This document shows, piece by piece, positions 38,400 to 48,381 of a DNA stretch of 64,000 nt (within the stretch, counting starts at the first letter, position 1; each line of letters starts with the position of its first letter). The notes beneath the pieces were generated by a model. The model worked only from the letters and a program-made list of their open reading frames with translations. It had not been told where the DNA came from and ran no database searches. The DNA is taken from contig JBEKFP010000002.1 in NCBI GenBank assembly GCA_050013255.1, positions 320,001-384,000 on the forward strand, written 5' to 3'. A program made the position numbers and the translations under genes. The stretch comes from Candidatus Bathyarchaeia archaeon (GTDB taxonomy: Archaea > Thermoproteota > Bathyarchaeia > 40CM-2-53-6).

Positions 38400-38807
38400 T
38401 TGCCCATAAAGGTCATTCTTGATTCAAACTTCCTGATGATTCCCTTCCAATTTAACCTCGATGTTTTCCAGGAAATCGAATTTCTTCTCCAAAAGAAAGT
38501 AGATTTCATTGTCCCATCAGCAGTAAAGAGTGAGCTAACCGGCCTCTCCACAAGGGGCGGGGAAGGAGCCGCAGAAGCTTCGTTGGCCCTTCAACTCGCA
38601 TCGCGCTGTCGCGTGGTGGAGGTGACTCTAGAAACGAATGAAACGGTTGATGATGCAATAGTTAAGGCGTCCCAAAAACTCGGCGCGGTCGTCGCGACAA
38701 ACGACATCGAACTCAAGAACCGGCTAAAACTACTTAAAGTACCGGTTGTGTACCTGCGCGACAAATCCAAACTAGAGGTCGACGGAATAGAACCAGCCTA
38801 CTTCTAG
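38400..38807 (+). CDS. PIN-domain protein (Fcf1/Utp24-like)
   Basis: VILDSNFL, VDDAI, VATND; conserved position after eif2g. Confidence 0.9.
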   Translation: MPIKVILDSNFLMIPFQFNLDVFQEIEFLLQKKVDFIVPSAVKSELTGLSTRGGEGAAEASLALQLASRCRVVEVTLETNETVDDAIVKASQKLGAVVATNDIELKNRLKLLKVPVVYLRDKSKLEVDGIEPAYF

Positions 38808-38839
38808 AATGAATTTGTAGTTGTGTTGAGGCAAAGAAA

Positions 38840-39415
38840 ATGTTCCGATTAGTGACCGTTGAGGATATTGTCAGAATTCCACCTAAAAGTTTCGGCCACC
38901 CGATCGATAAGGCCGCCAAAGAACAAATCAAGTTAAAGTATGAGAACATCGTGGACGAGGAACTTGGTTATGTAATACTTGTCGTAGATGTGGATGTAGA
39001 CCCGGTGGGGAAGATCCTGCCCGGCGACGGGTCTACGTACCATAAGGTAAACTTCAAACTCCTTTCATTCTATCCGGAAATGCATGAGGTTGTGGAGGGG
39101 GAGGTCGTCGAAGTGACCGATTTCGGCGCCTTCGTCAGAATCGGCCCAGAGGACGCGTTGCTGCACGTTTCTCAAATCATGGACGACTACATCTCTTTCG
39201 ACGAGAAGCACGGCGTGCTGGTTGGCAAGGAATCTCAAAGAAAACTAGGCAAAGGCGACATGGTGAGAGGGCGCATTATTGCCGTTAGCTTTCCACGTGG
39301 AGGCGCAGGAGGCAAGATTGGTATCACAATGCGCCAACCTTTCCTCGGTAAACTCGACTGGATAGAGGCTGACATAAAGCGAACAAAAGTCGTACATGAG
39401 GAGAAGGCTGCTTGA
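38840..39415 (+). CDS. rpoE1: RNA polymerase subunit Rpo7 (E')
   Basis: EVVEGEV, FGAFVRIGP, LLHVSQIMDD, MRQPFLGK. Confidence 0.97.
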   Translation: MFRLVTVEDIVRIPPKSFGHPIDKAAKEQIKLKYENIVDEELGYVILVVDVDVDPVGKILPGDGSTYHKVNFKLLSFYPEMHEVVEGEVVEVTDFGAFVRIGPEDALLHVSQIMDDYISFDEKHGVLVGKESQRKLGKGDMVRGRIIAVSFPRGGAGGKIGITMRQPFLGKLDWIEADIKRTKVVHEEKAA

Positions 39416-39597
39416 CGGAGAAGGCCTGCAAGAACTGCAGGTTCATCAGTAACGGGCCTATTTGCCCAAACTGTAAGTCGAACAATCTCAGCGACGACTG
39501 GAGCGGTCTAGTGGTCATCATTGATCCTTCAACGTCTGAGGTCGGGAAAAGAATGGGGATTAAAGCGGCGGGTCGTTATGCCTTGAGAGTCCGCTGA
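39412..39597 (+). CDS. spt4: Transcription elongation factor Spt4
   Basis: KACKNC..CPNC, WSGLVVI, GRYALRVR. Confidence 0.95.
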   Translation: MTEKACKNCRFISNGPICPNCKSNNLSDDWSGLVVIIDPSTSEVGKRMGIKAAGRYALRVR

Positions 39598-39630
39598 ATG
39601 TCCACCCCCCACTAACACAAGTGTCTTCAC

Positions 39631-40149
39631 GTGCCAACTCTGGTCTTGACGAACGCCCAGAGGCGGTTAATGAAACAACCGCTCGGAGAGTTGATCGCAG
39701 GAACCCCAGCCGATTGTAACCGCATACTCAATGAAATAGTTACAAAGGAGAAACCAACTCGGCTAATTCTGGTCGGTGATACTGTTAGCAGAAATGCCAT
39801 CCAAATGCAAATGAGACCAGACGTAATCATTGTCGATAACATGGAGAAGCGGGAAAAAGCTGCTCAATTTGACTACACGGCAGAGCATATCTTCCGAACA
39901 CAAAACCCGGCTGGAACAATCGAATCAGGGGCATGGCGAATTATCGATGAAGCAGTACGGAAAGGCAACAGCGTTGTCGTGGTGGATGGCGAAGAAGATT
40001 TGCTTACTCTGCCAGCTATCTTGTCATCACCTGACAAGTCCCTAGTTGTTTATGGGCAGCCTAGCGTAGGAATCGTCCTCGTCAGGGTTACCCCCGAGAA
40101 GAAGAAGGACGTCACTAAATTAGTTGAGGAAATGGAAAAGAAAAGCTGA
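39631..40149 (+). CDS. GTP-dependent dephospho-CoA kinase (DUF359)
   Basis: KQPLG, VGD, NPAGTI, VDGEEDLL, YGQP. Confidence 0.92.
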   Translation: MPTLVLTNAQRRLMKQPLGELIAGTPADCNRILNEIVTKEKPTRLILVGDTVSRNAIQMQMRPDVIIVDNMEKREKAAQFDYTAEHIFRTQNPAGTIESGAWRIIDEAVRKGNSVVVVDGEEDLLTLPAILSSPDKSLVVYGQPSVGIVLVRVTPEKKKDVTKLVEEMEKKS

Positions 40150-40151
40150 GC

Positions 40152-40343
40152 CTACTTTGCAGTCTTCACGAAATCAGTGAAGCTACAGGAGCCACAAGTC
40201 CAACGTTCCACGGGGCTCTTGTGAAACGCCATAACGTTGCCGCACCGGGGACACTTTCGGTTCTTGAGCTTAATTGTCCCCTTCTGAGGGTCGACTTCGT
40301 AGAGAGTGCCCAATCCACGCTTGGGCTGCTTTTTTTCGCTCAC
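40152..40343 (-). CDS. rps27ae: 30S ribosomal protein S27ae
   Basis: KCPRCG..MAFH..RWTCGSC. Confidence 0.95.
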   Translation of the reverse strand: MSEKKQPKRGLGTLYEVDPQKGTIKLKNRKCPRCGNVMAFHKSPVERWTCGSCSFTDFVKTAK

Positions 40344-40816
40344 TTCGCTTCGCTTCCTTTGGCTTTCTTGGGTGGTTCCGTCGCCGGCTTTGCTTCTTGT
40401 TTAGGCTTTTCTTCCTTAGCTTCTTTGGGTTCTTCTTTCGGTTTTTCTGGCTTTGCTTTTTCGGCCTTCGGTTTCTCCGCTTTGGGCTTCGCTTCTTCCT
40501 TCTTCGCTTGCTCTTCCCTGACGCGTTTTCGTTCTTCGGGTGGGAGGTTACGGACTTGGATGTACTTTGGTACGGTGCGTTGAGCGCTCTGCGGATCATC
40601 ATAGACTTCTATCGCGCATAGTGCGCTCTGTGTTCCAGTATTGGTTTCGATATCGAGAACGTACACGTTCTCTGGTTTTGTGTTGAATTTAGAGGCAACG
40701 GCTTTCCTCACATCCACTCTCGATGGGGTGCCTTCGCCCTCATGGTCGACTTCCACGTGGACTTCTTTTCTCTTTAGCAGAGGGTTATACGTGTCCTGTC
40801 TGACTTTGAAATCCAA
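40340..40816 (-). CDS. rps24e: 30S ribosomal protein S24e with K/E/P-rich tail
   Basis: NPLLKRKEV, GTPSR, PKYIQVRN. Confidence 0.94.
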   Translation of the reverse strand: MDFKVRQDTYNPLLKRKEVHVEVDHEGEGTPSRVDVRKAVASKFNTKPENVYVLDIETNTGTQSALCAIEVYDDPQSAQRTVPKYIQVRNLPPEERKRVREEQAKKEEAKPKAEKPKAEKAKPEKPKEEPKEAKEEKPKQEAKPATEPPKKAKGSEAK

Positions 40817-40829
40817 TCACGTCCACCTC

Positions 40830-41318
40830 TTACTTTGATTTCTTGCCCGCCTTCTTTGCTGCCTTCTTGGTTTTAGGCTTCTCAGCCGCTTTCTCAACGG
40901 CTGGCCTAGGTGGCTTGGGTTGCTCGGTCGTGGCTTTGGTTTCGGTTGGTCGCTTTGCCTCAGCGCCGGTTGCTTCCTTACTGAGGGTGAAATTGATCTG
41001 GTAGGTTTCATCCGTTATTGTTCGGCCGCGCACGAGTTTACTCCTTCTTTCACCGTGTCGGGTTGGTCTGAATCCTGGCCCACTGGAGAGGACGATGTGT
41101 TTCTTAACACCGCCATGAACATCAGGACGCATGGGAATGCCGTTCTTGTCACACCCTCCGGAGATACGCATCCGATTGGAGCCGAGCCCTAGCGCCGAAC
41201 CATCTATTACCTCGCCCAAGGAACGGCCGATGAGGGCCTGGGCCCTAGACCCTTCTATCTCGCTTGCGGCGGACTTGCCAGTAGCTGGGTCGGAGACAAT
41301 CACTTTGAACTTTGCCAT
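40830..41318 (-). CDS. rps6e: 30S ribosomal protein S6e with K/A/P-rich tail
   Basis: FKVIVSDP, GGCDKNGIPMRPDV, GERR..VRG, QIN. Confidence 0.96.
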   Translation of the reverse strand: MAKFKVIVSDPATGKSAASEIEGSRAQALIGRSLGEVIDGSALGLGSNRMRISGGCDKNGIPMRPDVHGGVKKHIVLSSGPGFRPTRHGERRSKLVRGRTITDETYQINFTLSKEATGAEAKRPTETKATTEQPKPPRPAVEKAAEKPKTKKAAKKAGKKSK

Positions 41319-41390
41319 GACATTGACCAGTCTGAAAGCGCGGAGCGATACTACGCCCTAACTGCCTTTTATTAACGTTGCCAGAATTTC

Positions 41391-41759
41391 TTACTGGGGC
41401 GTATGCCCCCGAAAGAAGGTTTTCAATTCGGAGATGCTCATGAATCCGTGCTCCTTACGTTCTCTACCCCCAGTTTCCAACCAAATGTGCTTAGCCTTCT
41501 TCCCTTCGATTTCTCTTAGGAAATCCCCCACAGCCAGCGGCGTTACGTTTTCAGGAGTCTTGCCGGAGTAAAATGCATCTGCCAACCTGCTTCTGTCCCC
41601 TTGGCTGAGTCCTCCTTGCAACTTGAAGTACGTCATCCTGTCCCCGGCTGTGTGCGAGATGCCCAGAGTCGTCGCTTCTCGTAGTTCGACAAGTAGGATT
41701 GCGTATTGATGAATTTCACTTAATATCTGGAGGAGGTCACTCGCGGAGATCATCGTCAA
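41391..41759 (-). CDS. Hypothetical protein
   Basis: 122 aa ORF filling the gap; no recognised motif. Confidence 0.55.
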   Translation of the reverse strand: MTMISASDLLQILSEIHQYAILLVELREATTLGISHTAGDRMTYFKLQGGLSQGDRSRLADAFYSGKTPENVTPLAVGDFLREIEGKKAKHIWLETGGRERKEHGFMSISELKTFFRGHTPQ

Positions 41760-41976
41760 TCATTACTCGGTAACGAGACGAAGGCTAATGGCTTGTCACC
41801 GTTAAGGTGCCTATTCAAGTTTGGCGGGCGCGCAATTGCCGCAACGTGAAGCCATTTTCAGTTCACGGGCTTTTCCAGTCAAAGGGGACACTTGACGCGT
41901 TATCCCCCCGCAGAAATGTTCATAAAAGGCTCACCGCTGGTTACGCTAGCCAATTGGCAAATGTGCGGTGAAGCGA

Positions 41977-42375
41977 ATGCCAAAGTCGTTCTACGTTAAG
42001 TTCGAAGTCCCTAAGGAATTGGCCGACAAAGCACTACAGGTTGTGCAAGTGGCCAAGGACTCCGGAAAGCTAAGAAAAGGAACTAATGAAAGTACCAAGG
42101 CGATTGAACGTGCCGTCGCAAAGCTCGTTCTGATAGCAGAGGATGTTGACCCTCCGCAGGTGGTTGCACACTTACCCATCTTGTGCGAAGAGAGGAAGAT
42201 ACCGTTCCTCTTCGTGCCGAGCAAACTCGAACTTGGTCGGGCTGCCGGCATCGATGTTGGTTGTGCAGCGGTCTCCATCCTCGATGGCGGTGAAGGCGCC
42301 AAGACTCTAAAGGAGTTGGCCGACGCAACACAACAGTTCAGAAAGGGCGGAGCCAAAGGACAAGGACAGGCATGA
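41977..42375 (+). CDS. rpl7ae: Ribosomal protein L7Ae
   Basis: [26 protein letters not shown]. Confidence 0.97.
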   Translation: MPKSFYVKFEVPKELADKALQVVQVAKDSGKLRKGTNESTKAIERAVAKLVLIAEDVDPPQVVAHLPILCEERKIPFLFVPSKLELGRAAGIDVGCAAVSILDGGEGAKTLKELADATQQFRKGGAKGQGQA

Positions 42376-42596
42376 GCACCGCGAAGGAACGCATAGAAGA
42401 AGCCATTACCCCCGCCGAAGTCACCCAAATCATTGGAAGAACTGGCGTAACCGGCGAAGTTATCCAGGTCCGTGTCCGAATACTGGAAGGACGCGATAAG
42501 GGTCGAGTCATTACAAGAAATATCAAGGGCCCAATCAGAACCGGCGACGTCTTAATGCTAAGAGAAACTGAAAGAGAAGCCAAAAAGATCCGGTAG
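42372..42596 (+). CDS. rps28e: 30S ribosomal protein S28e
   Basis: [24 protein letters not shown]. Confidence 0.97.
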   Translation: MSTAKERIEEAITPAEVTQIIGRTGVTGEVIQVRVRILEGRDKGRVITRNIKGPIRTGDVLMLRETEREAKKIR

Positions 42597-42613
42597 GGAG
42601 TCGCGCCTATAAT

Positions 42614-42808
42614 TTGCCGAGAACATTCAGGTGCTCGTTCTGCGGAAAGGACTTTCCGCAGGCTACTGGGATAATGTTCGTTAAGAATGATGGATCAATT
42701 CTATACTTTTGCTCATCAAAGTGCCGGAAAAGCCTCATGGTTTACGGAAGAGACCCTAGGAAGCTAAAGTGGACAGTTTACCACGGAAAGAAGGAAAGAG
42801 GCAAGTAA
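42614..42808 (+). CDS. rpl24e: 50S ribosomal protein L24e
   Basis: CSFCG, FCSSKC, PRKLKWT. Confidence 0.96.
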   Translation: MPRTFRCSFCGKDFPQATGIMFVKNDGSILYFCSSKCRKSLMVYGRDPRKLKWTVYHGKKERGK

Positions 42809-42819
42809 GGGAAGGAGAA

Positions 42820-43278
42820 TTGCAAACAGAGCAAACCTTCTCCTTCCTCAAACCCGAAAGCGTGATGCGAGGATTCATTGGGGAAATCGTTTCTCGTTTC
42901 GAAAGGAAGGGACTACTGCTACTTGGCGGCAAACTTATCCAGATGACTTCCGAACAGGCGCAGAAGCTGTACGAAGTACATAAGGGGAAACCGTTTTTCC
43001 AAGAACTCGTCTCCCACGTAACGTCAGGCCCAGTGTTTGTAATGGTTTGGGAAGGACCGAATGCCGTTAGTGTGGTTCGGGGTTTGGTGGGAGCTACGAA
43101 CCCACTGAATGCGGCGCCTGGCACGGTTAGAGGTGACTTTGCCCTCTCAATCACTCCAAATGCGATTCATGCCGCAGACTCACAAGATAACGCCAAACGT
43201 GAGATGTCCATTTTCTTCCAAACAAATGAGCTCACGAAATATTCGAAACCGACGGAACGTCAATTTCTGTTAAAGTAG
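42820..43278 (+). CDS. ndk: Nucleoside diphosphate kinase
   Basis: KPE..RG.IGEI, GATNP..APGTVRGDF, NAIHAAD. Confidence 0.96.
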   Translation: MQTEQTFSFLKPESVMRGFIGEIVSRFERKGLLLLGGKLIQMTSEQAQKLYEVHKGKPFFQELVSHVTSGPVFVMVWEGPNAVSVVRGLVGATNPLNAAPGTVRGDFALSITPNAIHAADSQDNAKREMSIFFQTNELTKYSKPTERQFLLK

Positions 43279-43279
43279 A

Positions 43280-45067
43280 TTAGAAGCCCCAGACGGGGTT
43301 CTCTCTCCTCTTAATTTGGATTAGTTCCTTAATTGTGACTTGGTCGCTCTCCATAAGTTCACTGGGAAACTTGGTCATGAGCGTTTTCAAATGTCTCTCT
43401 GGAACGTCAGCGTAGAAAGTATCGCCTTCGGAAATATTGCGTCCGACGACCCCGTCTTCTATTGAGACAGCAACCTGCATGCCGACCACGGCTTCCTGGA
43501 TATCCTTCCCTTGGTCCTGTACTCTCTGCACTTCGCCAAGTTTCCGCCCTGATGATGTGATCATGTGAATTTTCGGTTTCAGTCGGCCGGAAAGAATTTC
43601 GACGCCAACTATGGCAGGTTTGCTTCTCCTGAAAATAAGCCCGGTCAAGACCTTTGCTTTGCAGGGTCGCACGAGAAGGTCTAATTCGGCCTTTACTCCC
43701 GCCGTGCGTTGCTCATCGCTCCATCTTAGATAGTCCTCAATCATATGGTAGATTACGTCAGAGTGAAAGACCGGTATCCCAGCCACCTTGGCCTCCTCTT
43801 CAGCGTCGGGCAGAACCTTCACGTTGAAAGCCAAGACCACAGCCACGAGCCTGTCCTCTTGGCCCGCCGCCTCTGCCTCAACGACGTCTCGCCTCGATAC
43901 GTCGCCTATATCAGCGAGGCGAATCTGGACATCGTGGCGAGAGAGTTCCTCAGTCACAGCTTCGAGTGAACCAAGAGTATCCGTCTTCAGAACGATGCCC
44001 GATCTTTCCGCCTTGATTCGAAGCTTCTCAACCTCATCTTCAACGATTCGAGCATACTCCTTGGCGTTCTTTCCCTTTATAACCGCGTAAAGCGGAGAGC
44101 CAGCGAGTGCGGTCTCCAAGTTGGGAGCCGCGACCTTTACGCCTGATGCTGCAGTAACCCTCTTTACGCTTGTGAATCGGTCACGCGGGTCTCTGATTTC
44201 GTCTAGAGGCTTGGGGACCAGAATCGCGCGGACTTCGGTGATTATTGGTTTCTCTCGCCCGCCGAGTACTATTGTGTCACCGACCTTTAGTGAGCCGTCA
44301 TAGATGATGGCGTTGATAGTTTTCCCGAGGCCAGGTTCATCCTTTACCTCGAGCACAGTTCCCCTTGCCGGGCCCGAAGTGACTTGGAGTTCATTCGACA
44401 AGTATGCTTGAGTTAGGCCTGTCAGTATAGCGAGCAATTCGGGTATGCCTTCCCCAGTTTTGGCGCTGACGGGGACAATCGCGATAGTTTGGGTATAGTC
44501 GGAAATCCTGTCGAACCTCTCTGCGCGAAAGCCGAGCCTGGAAAGTGTTCCAATGATTGTGTATATGTGATTATCGAGTTCCGTCTGTATCTCGGGAACC
44601 TGATTCTTGAACGAAGTCAGGAAAGAGATTTCTGGTGCTGATTTCCATCCCTTGATTGCGTCAATTTTGTTCGCGGCCACTATGAACGGTGTCTTTCTAC
44701 TCTTCAGAATGTTTAATGATTCTACGGTTTGTGGCTCAACGCCCTTCATCACATCAATTACGAGGATTGCGATGTCAGCAGCAGAACCGCCCCTTCGCCT
44801 CAGGTTCGAAAAGGTCTCATGGCCAGGAGTATCAATGAAGAGCAAGCCAGGAACTTTGAGTTCGAAATGAAACTGCTTCAGTAACTCGCCGCAGATTGCC
44901 TCTATCGTCTTGCTTGGAAGTAAGCTGGCGCCTATCATTTGAGTAATCTGGCCAGCTTCTCGTTTCGCAACCGTCGTCCCCCGCAGCTTGTCCAATAGAG
45001 TTGTCTTTCCATGGTCTACATGACCGAGTACAACGACGATTGGCTGGCGAAGGGTCAACGTTCTCAC
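43280..45067 (-). CDS. infB: Translation initiation factor aIF5B (IF-2)
   Basis: LRQPIVVVLGHVDHGKT, DTPGH, NKID, DTLGSLEA. Confidence 0.98.
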   Translation of the reverse strand: MRTLTLRQPIVVVLGHVDHGKTTLLDKLRGTTVAKREAGQITQMIGASLLPSKTIEAICGELLKQFHFELKVPGLLFIDTPGHETFSNLRRRGGSAADIAILVIDVMKGVEPQTVESLNILKSRKTPFIVAANKIDAIKGWKSAPEISFLTSFKNQVPEIQTELDNHIYTIIGTLSRLGFRAERFDRISDYTQTIAIVPVSAKTGEGIPELLAILTGLTQAYLSNELQVTSGPARGTVLEVKDEPGLGKTINAIIYDGSLKVGDTIVLGGREKPIITEVRAILVPKPLDEIRDPRDRFTSVKRVTAASGVKVAAPNLETALAGSPLYAVIKGKNAKEYARIVEDEVEKLRIKAERSGIVLKTDTLGSLEAVTEELSRHDVQIRLADIGDVSRRDVVEAEAAGQEDRLVAVVLAFNVKVLPDAEEEAKVAGIPVFHSDVIYHMIEDYLRWSDEQRTAGVKAELDLLVRPCKAKVLTGLIFRRSKPAIVGVEILSGRLKPKIHMITSSGRKLGEVQRVQDQGKDIQEAVVGMQVAVSIEDGVVGRNISEGDTFYADVPERHLKTLMTKFPSELMESDQVTIKELIQIKRRENPVWGF

Positions 45068-45439
45068 CCAAGAGTGGCATTTTCAACGGCCTGTAAAAGG
45101 ATGTTAGCCCCTTAAACTTTCGTTGCGTTTCAGGCAAGTTATGTCAAAAGGTTGTTACGGGTGGATACTCTCAAGCACCATGCCCAGGAGAGGTAAAACT
45201 CGTTAGAGGGACGAATTCAACCGTCCGCATCGACATACCTGCAATATCTGTATAGCCCACCTGTAAACTCATGCTGCAATCCTATACAAGAAATGTAGGT
45301 GTCCAATTTTTAGTAAACGATACTTTGGGTAAGTCTCATGTTTCTGTTCCGATATCGAATGAGCAGATAGATAAGGGGCCGCGAGGCATGTGCTGTTGAG
45401 TTAACGTTGCTTTTTGTGTGATTCTTCCAGATAGATGGT

Positions 45440-46822
45440 GTGAAGCCTATGCCAATACATCCATACATTCCCAACAGCGAGCCAGAAACAAAACGAGAAA
45501 TGCTCAGAGAGATTGGAGTGCGAAATGTCGAAGAACTTTTTGCCGTTATTCCCGAGAGAGTCCAGTTCAAGAAATCGCTCAATCTTCCTGAGCCTGTTTC
45601 TGAAAATCAGCTTAGGAAACGTGTGGAAGCTATCCTATCCAAGAATAAAACCTCAAGCGAAATACTTAGCTTCTTGGGCGCAGGTTGCTGGCCACATTAT
45701 GTTCCAGCTGCATGCGATGAGATTAATTCGCGCTCAGAATTCCTAACGGCCTACACAGGCGACGTCTATTCTGACTTGGGCAGATTCCAAGCTCTTTTCG
45801 AATTCCAGAGCATGATCGGCGAACTAGTCGGACTTGACGCGGTGACGTTCCCAACATACGATTGGGCTACGGCTGCAGGCGATGCGGTTCGCATGGCCGC
45901 GATCGTTACGAGACGATGTGAAGTCCTCGTTCCTAGAACTATCAGTTCCGACCGTCTTTCGGTTATCCGAGGTTTCTGTGAGCCGCTATCGAAGATCAAT
46001 TATGATCGCAATAGTGGGCAACTCGACCTTGAGGACATGCGGAAGAAGTTGTCTTCAGATACGGCCGCAATCTATGTTGAGAATCCAACATATTTGGGCT
46101 TTATCGAAACGCAATTGGAAGAGATAGGAGAGATAGCGCACAAGAATGGTTCATTGTTGATTGTCGGCGTTGAACCACTCTCGCTAGGCGTATTGACTCC
46201 ACCCGGGGAAATCGGGGCCGACATAGTCTGCGGCGAGGGTCAACCCCTAGGCTTGCATATGAGCTTCGGCGGTGCGTTGTCGGGCTTTCTCGCATGCCGC
46301 GACGAAGTGCGCTTTCTTGAAGCGACCGGTCATAGGTTAATCACGTTAACCAAGACCCAGCGCGAGGACGAAATGGGATTCGCATACGTCTTGCCTGAGA
46401 GGAGTATGTTCTCGTCGAGAGAGAAATCAGCCTCAATCACGGGCACAGGCACAGCCCTCTGGGCCATCACCGCCGCAACTTACCTTGCGTTGCTCGGTCC
46501 CAAGGGCATCCAGGAACTTGCCGAGGTAATCATGCAGAAGGCGCATTATGCCATGAGGCGCATGGCCAAACTCAAAGGTGTGCGAGTCCCACTGTTTGCC
46601 TCAACTCACTTTGAGGAATTTACAGTTAATTTCGATGGAATGGGAAAAACTGTGCGAGAGGTCAACAAGGCACTTCTAAAGCGTGGAATTCAGGGAGGGA
46701 AGGACATCTCCAAAGAATTTCCAGAGCTGGGCAACACAGCGCTTTACTGCGTAACCGAGGTTCACAGCATGGAGGACATCGACAGTCTCATCGAGGCGCT
46801 TGTGGAGATCGCAAGTCAATGA
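45440..46822 (+). CDS. gcvPA: Glycine cleavage system P protein subunit 1-like
   Basis: HPYIP, SFLGAG, RSEFLTAY, QALFEFQS, GEGQPLG. Confidence 0.9.
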   Translation: MKPMPIHPYIPNSEPETKREMLREIGVRNVEELFAVIPERVQFKKSLNLPEPVSENQLRKRVEAILSKNKTSSEILSFLGAGCWPHYVPAACDEINSRSEFLTAYTGDVYSDLGRFQALFEFQSMIGELVGLDAVTFPTYDWATAAGDAVRMAAIVTRRCEVLVPRTISSDRLSVIRGFCEPLSKINYDRNSGQLDLEDMRKKLSSDTAAIYVENPTYLGFIETQLEEIGEIAHKNGSLLIVGVEPLSLGVLTPPGEIGADIVCGEGQPLGLHMSFGGALSGFLACRDEVRFLEATGHRLITLTKTQREDEMGFAYVLPERSMFSSREKSASITGTGTALWAITAATYLALLGPKGIQELAEVIMQKAHYAMRRMAKLKGVRVPLFASTHFEEFTVNFDGMGKTVREVNKALLKRGIQGGKDISKEFPELGNTALYCVTEVHSMEDIDSLIEALVEIASQ

Positions 46823-48381
46823 ATGACAGCGCCAGGTACCACGCCGCCCTGTGGAACGAGCCGCTCATCTACCAACTTGGAAGAACAGGAAGACGAGGCC
46901 TAACGGTACCAAAGGCTGAGAAGAAGATCAGGTCAAATGTTGGAGACGTTCTCTCGCATATCCCATCCCAAATCAGGAGAAAAGAGCCGCCGAAGTTGCC
47001 GGAGATTTCGGAACCCGAGGTGATAAGGCACTACATTCGTCTCTCGCAGGAGACCTATGGCGTAGATTCAGGAATAAGCCTCGGCGTCGGCACGTGCACA
47101 ATGAAGTACAGTCCCAAGGTCAACGAGTCGCTGGTAAAATCGAACAAGCTGACTGATGCACACCCACTGCAGGACGAGAGCACCGTTCAGGGAATTCTCG
47201 AGATAATGTTCAGACTTGGCGAGTTTCTCTGCGAAATATCGGGAATGGACGAATTCTCGCTTCAGCCGCGAGCTGGCGCACATGCGGTTCTCACCAACGC
47301 TCGGATTATCAAAGCATACCACAAATCCAAAGGCGAGTCAGAGCAGAGAAACGAAATCATCACAACGGTCCTTTCGCACCCGTGCAACGGTGCCGCCCCA
47401 GCGGTCGCAGGCTTCAAAGTCATAACACTGTACCCAGACGAGGAGACCGGTGTTCCAGACGTGGAGGCTCTGAAGGCAGTGGTGTCGCAACACACAGCGG
47501 GGTTAATGTTCACCTTTCCCTATGACACTGGCGTATTCGATCCGAACATCGACACATACTTCAAGATCATTCATGAAGCGGGAGGCTTAGTGGCGATCGA
47601 TCAGGCCAACGCCAACGGCGTCTTAGCTAGGCTAAGAGTTGGGGATGTCGGAGCCGACCTCTGCCAATTTAATCTACATAAGACCTTCTCTACTCCCCAT
47701 GCATCCTCAGGTCCAGGCAGCGCCCCAATCGGCGTCAAGAAACACCTGGTTAAGTTCCTTCCTGTCCCAACGGTAGAGTTCGATGGGAAAAAATACTCTT
47801 TGAATTACGACCACCCACAGAGTATCGGCAAGGTAGCCAGCTTCTACGGTGTCATTCCGAATGTTGTGAGAGCCTACGCATGGATACTGAGCATGGGCGC
47901 AAAAGGTCTGGAGGAAACCTCCGAAGTCGCCATTATAAACAACAACTACCTGATCAAGAAATTGCTCAAGATCCGCGGGGTCACGTTACCCTGGGTTAAG
48001 AGCCACCCCAGGAGACTTCAGGAAGCGAGATTCAGCCTCGAGAAGATGAAGCATGACACTGGAATCGGAATCGATGAAGTAAACTGCAGGATAGTGGATT
48101 ATGGGATACAGAAATGCTTCACAAGTCACGAGCCCTGGATAATACCTGAACCCTTCACACCAGAACCCACTGAATCAACTCCAAAAGAAGACATCGACAA
48201 GTTCGTTGAGGTCTTCAAGCGAATCTCTGACGAGGCGTACTTGAATCCCGAGATACTGAAGAACGCGCCACACAACTGTTCGATAGCAAAGATTGACTCA
48301 ACCCCGTCCAGAGATCCTAAGCAATGGGCTTTGACTTGGAGAGCTTACCTCAAGAAGCATCAAACTGGCGAAGAGGAATAG
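46819..48381 (+). CDS. gcvPB: Glycine cleavage system P protein subunit 2-like
   Basis: GTCTMKYSP, HPLQDE..VQG, NLHKTFSTPH (PLP lysine), EPTES. Confidence 0.92.
   Translation: MNDSARYHAALWNEPLIYQLGRTGRRGLTVPKAEKKIRSNVGDVLSHIPSQIRRKEPPKLPEISEPEVIRHYIRLSQETYGVDSGISLGVGTCTMKYSPKVNESLVKSNKLTDAHPLQDESTVQGILEIMFRLGEFLCEISGMDEFSLQPRAGAHAVLTNARIIKAYHKSKGESEQRNEIITTVLSHPCNGAAPAVAGFKVITLYPDEETGVPDVEALKAVVSQHTAGLMFTFPYDTGVFDPNIDTYFKIIHEAGGLVAIDQANANGVLARLRVGDVGADLCQFNLHKTFSTPHASSGPGSAPIGVKKHLVKFLPVPTVEFDGKKYSLNYDHPQSIGKVASFYGVIPNVVRAYAWILSMGAKGLEETSEVAIINNNYLIKKLLKIRGVTLPWVKSHPRRLQEARFSLEKMKHDTGIGIDEVNCRIVDYGIQKCFTSHEPWIIPEPFTPEPTESTPKEDIDKFVEVFKRISDEAYLNPEILKNAPHNCSIAKIDSTPSRDPKQWALTWRAYLKKHQTGEEE

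Noticed and set aside
41931-41971. TCACCGC/GCGGTGA stem before rpl7ae as an autoregulatory K-turn
   Set aside because: Tandem G-A geometry is not evident, and the 5' arm probably lies upstream of the TSS.
45120-45300. Glycine riboswitch upstream of gcvPA
   Set aside because: A GGAGAG is present but the other conserved elements are missing or out of order.
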